The translations under genes and the position numbers were made by a program. Below are positions 43,320 to 55,000 of a stretch of DNA of 64,000 bases, in pieces (the first letter of the stretch is position 1; every line of letters starts with the position of its first letter). Below the pieces are notes generated by a model. The model was not told where the DNA came from and did no database searches. It saw only the letters and a program-made list of their open reading frames with translations. The stretch comes from Cyanophora paradoxa CCMP329 (taxonomy: Eukaryota; Plantae; Glaucophyta), in contig QPMI01000136.1 of the NCBI GenBank assembly GCA_004431415.1, positions 124,001 to 188,000 on the forward strand. The letters are read 5' to 3'.

Positions 43320-43545
43320 GGTCGCCGGAGCCTGTCTCAACCTGATTGAAATCAGGCGGAGGCAGGCTGAAAGCAGGCTGAGTCGTCAGCCTGACTGTAG
43401 CCTGATTAGGAACTCCAGCCAGCACCTAGCCGCGCCTGATTCTAATATTTTTAATATCCATCAGGCTGAGGCAGGCTGAGTCAACGGACTAGGGGCTATA
43501 CTAGTATAGTCGACGTCAGGCTGAATTTAATCAGGCTGAGCGCGC
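43320..43545. repeat. Cluster of caggctga/tcagcctg motifs in both orientations (MITE-like remnant)
   Basis: Many copies of caggctga and gcctga within ~230 bp. Confidence 0.55.
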
Positions 43546-43642
43546 CAGCACACATAGCTTATAGAAGCATCGGAACTCGCACTCTCAATATGATAAGCAC
43601 TATTACTAGTACTACGTATACGGTACTGTTCTACATCTCAAC

Positions 43643-46413
43643 ATGCAGACGGAATTAAAAAGCGGCCCGGTGCTCCTTGCAGGCCGCGGCGGATCAAGGT
43701 GCTCTCATGGTATTGCGGATCCGGGCCCGTGCTCCTTGCAGGCCGCGGCGCCGGACGCCGCGCTCGGCGTGTGCCACGGTGGATGTGCTGTGCCAAGTCG
43801 CGCACGGGGAGCCGCCGCCGCCAGGCCGAGACGCTCGTCCTAGGAGATAATGTCAGAATAAGGTCAGAGTGGGCGACGGTGGCGCGGTGGGTCTCGTACC
43901 GCGACGTGCGGGACGGGGCGCCCGACGCCGCCGCGCTCCTCAGCACCGTCGAGTCGGTCCGGCGCTTCGACGGGGTCTTCCCCGTCGTGATCCTCGACGA
44001 GGGGGCCAAGGCGATCGTGACGGCCGTCCTCTCGGAGACGCTGGCGCCGGAGGCGCGCCAGATCTAGAACCAGGCCCTGGCGCGCCTGGGGCGCCTCCTG
44101 CGCGAGGCCTCCATCCTCCTCGTCTCCGACGCCGACCTCTGCCAGCACGACGTCGACTACTACCTCGCCCTGCGCCACCCGGCGCCGGCCGCGCCCGGCG
44201 CCGCCCGCGTCGTCTCCTACACCCTGCGCCCCGCCCCGCGGGGCCCCGCCGCGCGCCGCGAGGCGCTCGCGTACCCCCTGGGGATGGCGGGGACATCGTG
44301 GCGGCGCTCCTCCTCGGCGGCCGCCGCGTCGCCGTCGCCAGCTCGGACCGCCGCACCCTCTTCCGCACGATGGGCGGCCACCCTGTACGTGTACGCCGAC
44401 GCGCGCGCCGAGGAGCGGGCGCGGGCGCTGGACAAGGCGCACGTGTGCCGCGAGGTCGACGTCTTCGTCTTCAACTACGCCCTCCACCAGGGCGCCGACT
44501 ACACCGACCCCGAGCGCCCGTACGACGACCTCGTGCTCCTCGAGACGGGCCGCGGGGAGCGTCGTGCAGCTCTGGCAGCTTGGCGGCCGCGTCCGCTGCA
44601 TCCGCAGCGACCGCATCCTCGTCTGCGCCGGCGGCGTCGGCGGCTCCGAGGGGGAGGAGGAGGAGGGGGAGGAGGACGAGGCGCCGGAGACGGACCCGGA
44701 GGCGATCCTGGCCGAGCAGGTGCGGGCCCTGGAAGAGGCCCACGGGTCGACGGGGACCCTGCGCCACCGCGCGATCCAGGTGGCGCTGCGGGCGCAGTCG
44801 CACAAGCTGGCCGTGCTGCGCGCCACGCGCGCGGACCCGCTGCTCCCCGGCTCCCCGCCGGCTCGCCGCCGGCTCCCCGGCCTCGGCGTCCTCCTGCCGG
44901 GCGGCGCGCCGCCCGAGCGGACGGAGGGGGTGAAGGAGGAGGCCAAGGCGGCGCAGGCGCGGGCCTTTGAGATCGAGGTCGTGCTGCCGCACGCCGCCGC
45001 GCCGCCCCTGCCGGAGGGCCGCCGGAACCGCGTGGGCGAGGCCCTGCGGGGCGCCGGGGCGCCACCCCGGGCTCCGTCTCCGACGCCAAGCGCCTCGGCT
45101 ACGGCCTCCACGCCGTCGCGCACGCGTACCGCCTGCGCGAGGAGGAGGTCGGGCCCCCCGAGCTCCGCCTCGCCCTGCGCTCCAACGATCGGGCCGCCTT
45201 TCTCGCGCACGTGAGCACGGCGCACCGGATGCTGGGGACACGCGGCGGGCGCAACATCCTCCCCAGCGTCGCCGACGAGGCGCACTCGCGGCGGAGCGCC
45301 GCCCTCCTCCTCGGCGCCGCCGGCTGGGCGCCGCCCGTGACGCCGGCCGCCATCCTCTCGCCCTCGCGCCCCTGGACGAGGCAGCCGTGCGGCGCGTCGC
45401 CGGCGAGGCGCGCGCGGGCGGCTCCTCGCGGAGCGCCGGCGCGCCCGCTCCTGGAGGCGGACGAGCTGCTGGCGATGGAGCCGGCGGCGCGCCCCGAGGG
45501 GCGCGTGGCCGCCCTCGCCCGCGCGGCCGGCGCCCCGCCCTCTGGAAGCTCCTCCGCGCCTCGGCCGCCGCCCTGGGGGCCCGCGCGCGCGAGTTCAAGA
45601 GCTCCGGCGGGGGTCTCCAAGGCCGGGCCGGGGCCCTGGACTCGCTGGGCCTGCGGGACGATCGGGCCGAGGCGGCGGCCGCCGGCGGGGCCGACTCGTC
45701 GCCCCTCTGGGCGACGGACGCCGAGGCGGCGGCGGCCTCGGGGGCCTGCGCTGGGGCCGCGCCCAGGCCCGCGAGGCGGCCGACCTCGCCAACCTGTGCG
45801 CCCTCGCCGCCCGCTCCTGCCGCCTCGCGTGGGGGGACAGCCCGGAGCGGACGGGATCCTGGCGCTGCACCCCGAGGCGTACCTGGGCGAGCGGGCCCGC
45901 CGCCGCGGGGGCGGCGCCCCCGGCGACGAGGCCGAGGCCGCGGACGAGCTCGCCGGGGCCGTCGCGGGGCTCGCGCCGGCCGAGCTCGCCGCCATCGTGC
46001 GCGGCGGGTTCGCCGCCGACGCCCGCCTCGACGCCCTTGCCGCCCGCCTCGCGGCCGAGACGCACAAGGCGCTGGAGGCCCGGGCGCGGCGCGAGGCGGG
46101 CCGGGGCGGGCCGACCCCCGCGTCTCCCCTGGTTCCCGGTTCGTCGCATGGTTCCTGCGCCGCCTGCACGGGGCCCGCTGGGACCCGAGCCGCTGCGTCC
46201 CGTCGCCGAGCGCCTGCCGGGCCCCAACGGCGTCGAGGTGCAGCGGGCGGGGCCCAAGTCGGGGAGGGACCTGTGCGTCGGCTGGGTCGAGGAGCACAGG
46301 CGGCCGGCGCTGCACATGAAGAACGCGCGCGTCATGACGCGCGGCGAGCGCCTCCGCGGCCTCGCCGTCCCCCTCGCCCTGTTTGCCGAGATGGGGATCG
46401 GCGATCAGCCGTA
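43643..46413 (+). pseudogene. UL9/origin-binding-protein-like superfamily 2 helicase, degenerate
   Basis: SRRRQAETL (Ia), STVESV, VVILDE (II), LLVSDADL (III), RRVAVASS (IV), DVFVFNYALHQGADY (V), QLGGRVR (VI); TAG at 44065, frameshifts, Walker A not intact. Confidence 0.72.
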
Positions 46414-48500
46414 GGCGCAGGTCCGTGGGTGGGTAGGGGGGAGGACCTTGCGAGCGTACCTGTGTATAGCTCTGCTGTGCGATGTCGTGTCGAGGCCTCG
46501 ATTCCTGTCGAGACAGGCGCGGGGCGGGGAGAGGTAAGGGGGCGTGAGGAGGGGCGCCGGCGGGCAAGGTGGGGCAGGAGGGGGGGGGGGGGGGGGGGGG
46601 GGGAGAAGGAAGGGCATAGGGAAAAGGGGGTGGGAAGAGAGTGGGGAGGGGGGCGGGAGGCCCTAGGGGGGCGGAGAGGGGAGTGAGGAAAGGGGGAAAG
46701 GGGAAGGAGAGGTTGTCGGACCTCGAGCTCGGGCCCCTACCGCGCGCCTGGCGGGTTTTGGACAGCTTGAGGCGTACCACCCCGCTCCCGTCGTTTCTGC
46801 CGGCCGGCGTCGGGCCGGGGGGGCGGTCGAGGGGGGGAAGAGGGCGCGGGGCGGGCCCTACCGCGCGCCTGGCGGGTTCCGGCCAGCGTGAAGCGTATCC
46901 CCTCTCTTCCCGTCCGGCGCAGCTGCAGAGCCTCGTCGAAAGCGCCTCGTCGGAAAAGGCATCGGACCGGCGGAGCGAGGACACTCGAGAGGCGGCGGGG
47001 CGACCTCGCCGGAGCCCGGGCGGTCGCTCCCTGGACGGGCCGGACGGGGCCGATCGGCGAGGTCGCCCGGCGCCGCGCCTCGGCTCGCTCGGCCGGCTCG
47101 CCGGCCGCCGCCGCGCGGCGCGGGCTGATAAGCAGGGGGCGCGCGCACGGCCGCGGTCGGCGAGTCTGCGGCGGGCTTTGGGGCGCGGGCAGGGTCGTAC
47201 CGAGCGCAGAAGCCCCGCGCCTCACGGCAAAATCAAGCGTGGCATCCGCTCACGCCCCGCGGGCCGCGGGATCTCCGGCGCCGGCGAGGTCGGCGCCTGC
47301 AGCGGGTCCGCCGATCAGATCTAGCTATAGATCGTACGCCGCGAAGCCCCGAATTGGGGGGGCGCACCGACAGCCTCGATTGCAACCTATGTGCGACCTG
47401 CTCCCCGTTCGAGGGCGCGCGACGGGCTGCCTGGGCGCTAGCCCGACCTGGGTGAAAGGTGCGACCCGCGCGCGGCCGCAGTGCCGTTGCTGCGACCGGA
47501 TCGGAGCGGCGGCCGGGGCGACCGAGCGGCTCGGGCGGGCGGAAACCGCAACAATGCGCGCTGCGTGTTGGTCACACCCTACCGGCTGGCGGTGCCGGCG
47601 ATATAGCTATATAGCTAGCGAGCCGCACGCGAGCCGCGCGGTCCCGGCGCAATCGGGCCGGCGTGACGAGCTCGAGCCAGCCTCTGCGCCCCGGGACCGC
47701 CGCAGGATTCCAGAGGCAGGCAGCCGGCGAGAAAGGTCGGGCCGCGCACGCGTACCCGCAGTCGCGATCGGCTCCGACCCCGGCCGCGGCCGGGGCCGAC
47801 CAACCGGACCACTGGATCTGGGCGCAGCAGCCGCACGAGCTCGCCGGCGGCTCGAGCGAGCTCCCGAAGCGCCGTGCCGCCTGGTCTCGCTGCGCGGCGG
47901 CGCTCGATTGCGCGATTCTATATAGCTAGGCCTGCGGGCGAGCTCGAGACAGGCAAGGCGGACGACACCAAGGGGCACCTGCCGCATCGGCGACCTCCCC
48001 GAGCGTACCGTAGCTCTCCTAGCGCTCCGCAGCCGCGCCGCGACCGGACACGCTTCCTCGAGCCCTTGCAGTGCTCAGCTCCCGAGCCGCGGAGCGCCGA
48101 GGCGCCGATGGAGGTCGGATCGGGTCATCTCGCGGCTCTAGCGTCTCGCGCGTGGCGGGGCGCGCGTATTGGGCGCCCGCGCCGGTCGACCGCCCTAGGC
48201 CTGGCCCCTCGGCCTTCAGATCTGCGGCGCGGCGCGCGGCGCTCCGAGCTCCGCGAACCGCGGCCGACAGCCTATGCGCGGCGACCGTGGGCGCGAGGTG
48301 CGGCGGGCCCCGGCCTTGTTCATTCTTTCCGTGGCGGGGTGGCAGCGAGCCGAGGCCGGCCGACGGAGCGTGGCAGGAGCGTCTCGCCGTCGGCAGCCCC
48401 CCGTGGGCGAGGCCCGCCTTGGTCCGGCGTCTAGTGTTACCTCGGTGCGCCTTGCGCCTTGCGCCCACGCTTGACCTCGGTGCGGTGTAGGCGGCGTCGA

Positions 48501-48886
48501 GGGCGAGCTGGCCGGATCCCGCCACCCCGCGCGATACCAGCCGCTCGAGGTTCGCCCCCGGCCCGCGCGCCACGCCCCGACCTCCAAGTCGGGCGCGGGC
48601 GCGTTCAGAGGGGGGGTACGGGGCGAGCTGGCCGGATCCCGCCACCCCGCGCGATACCAGCCGCTCGAGGTTCGCCCCCGGCCCGCGCGCCCCGGCCCGT
48701 GTTCTAAATCGGGCGCGGGCGCGTTCAGAGGGGGGGTACGGGGCGAGCTGGCCGGATCCCGCCACCCCGCGCGATACCAGCCGCTCGAGGTTCGCCCCCG
48801 GCCCGCGCGCCACGCCCCGAGTTCTAAATCGGGCGCGGGCGCGTTCAGCGGGGGGGTACGGGGCGAGCTGGCCGGATCCCGCCACC
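48501..48886 (+). repeat. Tandem repeat, ~3.2 x 120 bp
   Basis: Units begin gggcgagctggccggatcccgccacc at ~48501, 48621, 48742 and 48861. Confidence 0.95.
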
Positions 48887-49926
48887 TCGAGCAACCCCAG
48901 GAGGCGCGCCTTTGCCGCGGGGCGCCATCCCCCCCCCCCCTCTATCCTCCCCCCCCCCCCCCCCCCCCCCCTCCCCTCCCCTCGCCGTCGAAAATTTCGG
49001 CGCCGGCCCGGGCCGGATAAAGGGCACCGGCCCGCCGGCCCGGCCACTCCTCCGCCGTCCGCCCACGCGACCGCCGACGCTTCCGACATGAACACCGCCG
49101 CGCTCCCGCCGCCGCCGCCCCGCCGCCGCCGCGCCCGAGGCGCCCGCCATCGCGTTCCCGGCGCGACGCGCGCCGGCGGCCGACTCCCGGCGGTCCCGAA
49201 GCCGCCGGCGCCGGCGCCGCGCCGTCCCGCCCCCACGGATCTCCTGACCCTCCACTTCGAGCGCGCCTCGCCGGCGCTGCTGCCGCCGACGCCGCCGGCC
49301 CCCCGGCGTCCGCCCGCGCCCCGCCGGCGCGCCCCCGCCGCCCCGGCCCCGCCCGCCCCGCTCCGCCGCCGCGGCTCCCGCCGGCGACGTTCAAGCTGGC
49401 GCCCTCGGCCGCCGCCGCCGCCGCTGCCAAGGCTCCGCGGGCCCCGCCGCGGGCCCCCAGCGCCGGCCGGCGTCCCGGCCAAGGCCGAGGCGATCGCACT
49501 ATATATATATCGATTTTGAAGTGCTTTTTCAGATTTTGAAGAGTGTATATATCTCGCACTGCGGCACGCGGTCCGCGCCCGCGGCACCGAAATCGATCAT
49601 CGGATGCCGGGACGACTGCGGGGCACAATCGCCCGCGCAGCAGCTGCAGCTGCAGCCTATAGCTAGGCCTCCCGGAGCCCACTTCTCGCTCCCCGACGCC
49701 GGCCACCCACCGGCCCCTCGCCGGTCCCCGGGCCTTTGGGCCGCCCCGGGGCCTTTGGTTTCCCCTCCGGATCCTGCCGCAGTGCAGCTGGCGGCGCGTG
49801 CACGTGGCGAATTTGAATCCATCTTCTCCGGATTCGGATCCAGATTTCGAATCCCCTCCGGCGGAATCGCGTTTCTCCAGATTTCCGGCGCGCGCACCGG
49901 CCGCGGGCCGGGCCCGTCCGCGGGGC

Positions 49927-51188
49927 ATGGCGTCTCCGCCCGCCGTGACCGGCTCCGGCGCCGGCTGCCCTCCCCTCGACGCCCGCCCCGCCAAGGTCAG
50001 CCTCCCCACGTTTATCAGCCTGTGCCGGGACCCTCTCCTCTCCTCGCGCCCCGCCTGCGCCCGCTGCAAGTCGGAGCGCATCCTGCCGCCGATCCTCCTC
50101 TCCTGCGCGGCCGCCGGCGCCCGCCTCCTGGCCAAGACCGGCGCCGCCACCGTCAGCGAGGCCCTCGACGCCCACCCGCGCCCCGCCCCGGGCCCTCGAC
50201 GACCTCAAGTTCAACTCGACCGGCTTGTTCGTCTGCCTCAGCTGCGCCCTCACCCTCCTCTCCGTCGCCGCCGAGGGCGGCGCCTCGCCGCCCCTCTTCA
50301 CCTGCCCCAGCTGCGGCGATCCCCACCCGGCCCCCTCCGGGCTCGTCTCCAGCTCCCGCATCGACGCCCTCTTCTCCTTTCGACGGGGACCTCTGCCTCC
50401 GCACGGGGACCTCTGCCTCCGCACGGCGCTCACGTACGCCCTCGAGCGCTTCCAGGCGGCCGCCGCCGAGGCCCGCGCCGCCAGGCAGCCCCCCCACCCC
50501 CGCCCCGGCGGCCCCGCGGCTCCGACGGCCCCGCGGCCTCTGGCTCTCTCGCCCCAACCGCAGGCGCGGGCTCGGGCGCGGGCTCGGGATCCGGATCCGG
50601 ATCGGGATCGGGATCGGGGCCGTCCGCCCCGCCGGCGCCGGCGCAGCCCGCGGCGCGGCCGCGGCGGCCCCCTCTCCCCACGCCGCCAGGGCCGCCAAGG
50701 CCGCGAAGAAGCGCAAGCTCAAGGCCAAGGGCGCCGCCTCGGCGGACGAGTCCGAGGGGGCCGATCGCGAGGCCGAGGCTGGGCCCTCGTCGCCCAAGCG
50801 CGGGCGGGGCGGAAAGCACAAGACGGGCAAAGAGGCCGAGGAGCGCGCGCCCACCGACGGCGAGCGCGAGGCCGATTCGGACGATCAGGCGCCGGAGCGA
50901 AAGAATACGCTCCGCCTCCCAAGAGCCCCGGCGGCGCCGCCGGCGAGCCCGAGGCGACGCAGGTCGCGGGCCCTTCGGGCTCGAAGCCGCCTCGGCGGGC
51001 GGCGCGGAGCAAGTGGGGGGCGGGGCGCGACCGGCGCAAGGATCCCGGAGTGGGATTCGGACAAGCTCATCCGCGTCCTCTACAACTTGGCAACGCGTAC
51101 ACGCGCCCCAAGGAGGAAGCCTGAGGCGCCGAGGCGTTTCAAGCTCCGAGCTCTGTGGGAGCAGCCAGTAAAAGATCTATACAGCTAG
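49927..51188 (+). pseudogene. Cys-rich (RING/Zn-finger-like) protein with basic/acidic tail, frameshifted
   Basis: CARCK...FVCLSC...LFTCPSCG; KAAKKRK NLS-like motif; internal 20-bp duplication acggggacctctgcctccgc. Confidence 0.5.
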
Positions 51189-51844
51189 AAGAACGCGTAC
51201 GGCTGGCTCTCCTCGTTACTACTAAGTTATAGCTATAGCCAGCTGTCTGAATACAGATGCGAGTCCTCCTGACCACCACCTTTGGCCTTTTACACCCCAG
51301 AATCCTCGTCCTCAGGGGCCCCGGGGCGGGCAGGGAGGGGTCCGGACGTGCCATCCCCCCCGGGCCCCCCCTCCCCCCCCCCCCCTGCCGGGCGCCCGCG
51401 GCCCTGCCGGCCTTTCTCGCCGCCTCCCTCCCGCTTTTGAGAATTCGAACAGCGCGGCCTGACGGAGCAGGGGGGTGCTCTTTCTGAACCGCTCATGGTC
51501 GCCACGGCCCCACCGGCCGCGGGCCACCGTGGCACGCACTCCGAGGCTCCACTTCGCCAACCTCTTCGCCCCCAATGCCCGGCCCGGCTGCCCGCCGGGG
51601 GCCGCCCTCATGATCGGCGAAGTTGGGATCCGGAACTCTGGTTTTCAAACTCTCGCGATCGACTGCTTTGTTTATGGGGCCCGCCGGGCCGGGTATCGAT
51701 ATATATGTTGATGATCATGAGCGGAGGCAGGGCATTGAATCGCGTTTGGAATTTCGCAAATTAACATTGTCAACTGCACATATATACATTTCCTTGTCCT
51801 GGACTGTGCGAAAAAAGGGGAGCGCTCTATCTAGATCAGCAAAG

Positions 51845-52029
51845 TAAAAGAACTCCATTTACAGCAAGTCACAAACGATTCACTTCGCTTGAACCCTGTA
51901 AACAGCTGCCATATGCATAATTTTAAATTAGAATATTCTAATAAAGAACTCCATTTACAGCAAGTCACAATCGATTCACTTCGCTTGTACCCTGTAAACA
52001 GCCGCCATAATTATAAATTAGAATATTCT
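51845..52029. repeat. Direct repeat, 2 x ~90 bp, AT-rich, just 3' of the surface-protein gene
   Basis: aaagaactccatttacagcaagtcacaa...aaattagaatattct occurs twice. Confidence 0.9.
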
Positions 52030-52036
52030 CATAGCC

Positions 52037-55000
52037 TCAAATAAGTTGGGCCGTGGGCACGTAGTCTTCGTCGCCGGGCCCATGAACGCTGACGAACTCG
52101 GGCTGTGCTACGTGCGAATCGAGGGGCGCGTCGATCGACGCCGACTCTCGTTGCGCGAGCGCGAAGGAGTCCGGCGGCTGCTGGGTAGGGGTCTCCAGCG
52201 GTGGCACGTCCAAGTCGCTGCGGACCGGAATGCCCGGCAGCTGCGAGGGCGTGGGCACGTCCGTCGCGTCGCGCGCTGGCGCCGGATTCGAAGGGCGATC
52301 GCGAGCCGCTTCCTCCTGCGACTGAGGCGACTGCGCACGCACGGTGTGGCTGGTACTGCCGCGGCTGGAGACCGCCGCGGGGCGCGGCTCCTCGCGGTCG
52401 CGTGTGAGGGCCAGATAGGTCGCCTGGCTCTGCTCAAAGCTGGCTGCTCCGGATCCTGCAGGTAGCGCTGCCGGTTGCGGCATCTCCGCAACCCTGGCGC
52501 TGCCGCGCCGGTCGTTCGCCCTGCGTTTAACGACGAGCGCTATCGCCGCAAGGGCCCCAGCGATTGCGACGCCTGCAATCACGCCGATCGTAATGCCGGC
52601 AATCTGCCCCCCCGAGAGGCCCGACCCCGAGGACCCCGACCCCGGGGCCGCAGGCGTCATGGGTTGTATGCCCGTTTTGACGGAGTTGGACGTGCACTGC
52701 GGCCTGGCGCCCGCCGGACCGGTCGGGAGCGCGATTGTGTACGACGCTCCACAGAACGAGCCTGCGAACATAATTAATTGCATTCTGAACGAGCAAGCGC
52801 ATATGCAACAGATAGCGGACTGTTGCGGGAGAAACCCGAGCCGGAGCCGAGGATGTCCGAGGAGCCGCGGTAGGTGCCGGCGACGTCGACCGACGGGCCG
52901 GAGGTGATGTCGAGCTGCAGGGCGTGCCGGCGCGTGCCGTTGACGCTGCTGACGGCGTCGGCGAAGGCGGAGCGGCCGGCGAAGAGGACGCCGTTGATGT
53001 TGACGGCCGGGTCGAGCTCGCGCAGGAAGTTGTAGAGCGCCAGCGCCCAGAGGTCGTCGCGGGCGGTGGCGTCGAGCGAGTCGTAGTTCTCGGAGCGCCA
53101 CGCCGCGAACGAGCCGAGCTTGTTCTCCACGCGGACCGTGAAGTTCAGGCTGGACGCGTTGGCGGGGACGGGTGGCGCCGCGCTCCGCAGCCCCGCCACG
53201 ACCGCCGAGACGTAGGGCATCACGCCGGCAAAGCCGCCGCCGATCGAGCGGACGGTGCCCCCGGTGAGATTGGAACCGTTCGACAGGGCGAGCGTGAGGC
53301 CGCCGTTCAGAGAGACGTGCACGAGCGCGCGGGCGATCGCCTCGGACCCCGTCGCGTTCGGTGCGACGACGAAGCCGCCCCCGGTGGCGGGGACCGCGCG
53401 AAGTGCGCCGAACACATTAAAGTTCAGGAGGATGGCGCCCGCGTCAGAGCTCGAGCTGACAAAGGCAACCTACGCAGCCCGAGTCACAGCCGCGTCAGCC
53501 ACTGAACGCGAATTTCACATGCACCAATGCCGCGAACCTGAATTTCGATGCTCTTGGCGAGATCGGCAGAGAACGATGTGCCGTTGGTGGCGTTGCGCAG
53601 GGCCCAGAACAGGGCGCGGACGAGGCGCGCGTTGCCGAAGGGGGAGGGCGACACGGGGAAGAGAGCCTGGAGCGCGCCGAGGGTGACCGCCTGCCGCGGG
53701 AACGAGAGGACGACGGGGAGGGCGCTGCCGGCGGTGTCTCGGAACCCTCCAAGCCCGGGCACGCCAGGCTGCGAAATTCGTCAGCGAGCTGCGAAACAAA
53801 CTAAAGCTTCTTGCGAAATTTTGCGGTGACGCACCGAGGTGACGCGCTGGCCGTTGAGGGTCCGCGGGGCGCCGCCGGAGAGGAGCGGGTCGGCGGTGGA
53901 GAGGTCGAGCCCGCTGAGGAGCGCGTCGGCGTAGACGAAGTCGCGGAGCGCGGTCGACGACGGGCGGTTCGACCCGGGCGCCGGGTTGGCGACGCCGAAG
54001 AACCTGAGACGCGATCGCGACGTCAATGGCGGAACAAATCGTCTTCGGACAGCGACTGCGCACGAGAAAGTGATCTGGAGGCCGTCGATGGAGCCGGCAG
54101 CCGAGGAGGCGACGGCACCCGGCTCGACGGCAAGCTGCAGGGCCTGGTCGAAGGCCGCGATCTCGGAGGCCGCCGATCCAACGGCGGCCGCGCGGGCCCG
54201 GATGCGCGCAGCAAGCGCGGCGACGAGGCGGGCGGGGTCCGCCCCGGGGCCGGCGGTGAAGAGCGACGCGGCCGAGGCGTTGCCGGCGCCGGGGTACATC
54301 TCGAAGGCGACGCCGAGGGTGGCGCGGGAGGTGAGGTTGCGGGACTCGGGGCGCGCGCGGACGACGTGGGCGATGTCGTGGAACACGGCGGTTGCACTCG
54401 CCGGGACCACGTTCGCCTCGGCCGACGCGTATCGCCCGTCGACCCCGCGGACGGCAATGGCGCCGGGTGTCGTCTCCGTCCAGGCGGAGGTCGATAGGTT
54501 GAAGCGCGAGAGCGAAACTGCGCGAAAACAACCGTCGGCGCGAAATTCGCAAGAGCGCTCGAGCTCGAGACGCCGCCAGCGAGCGTACCTCGCTCAGACA
54601 TGAAGTCGAACAAAGCTGACGGGGGCACGAGGCCGGCGAACGAGAGGGGCTCCGACAGGCCGGCGATCGGGAGGCTCTCGCAGCGCGCGCCGCAGCCGGC
54701 CCTGTACACGGCGAGCTGGACCACGTCGCTGGCAAAGCGCTCGGCGCCGCCGTACAGGGCGGCGGGCAAGCGCAGGGCGACAACGCTGAGGGTTCTGTCG
54801 GCTGTTGCGTTGATGCTCCCGAGGACGGAGAGCGCGAAGCTCTCGGCAAACCCGACGCGCGCGTCAAACCCGCTGAAGGCGACCGTCTGTGCAGGGTAGT
54901 TGACGGTCTGGGAGGCGCAGAGCTGGAGCGGGAGGAGCTCAGCATCCTTGCGCGACGCGGTCGGCGAAGCGAAGGCCGCGACGGGCGAGGTCCAGTTGCC

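Noticed and set aside
23900-51500. Dozens of overlapping Arg/Pro/Ala/Gly-rich ORFs on both strands
   Set aside because: Shadow ORFs expected at very high GC; only frames with recognisable motifs or GC3 bias were kept
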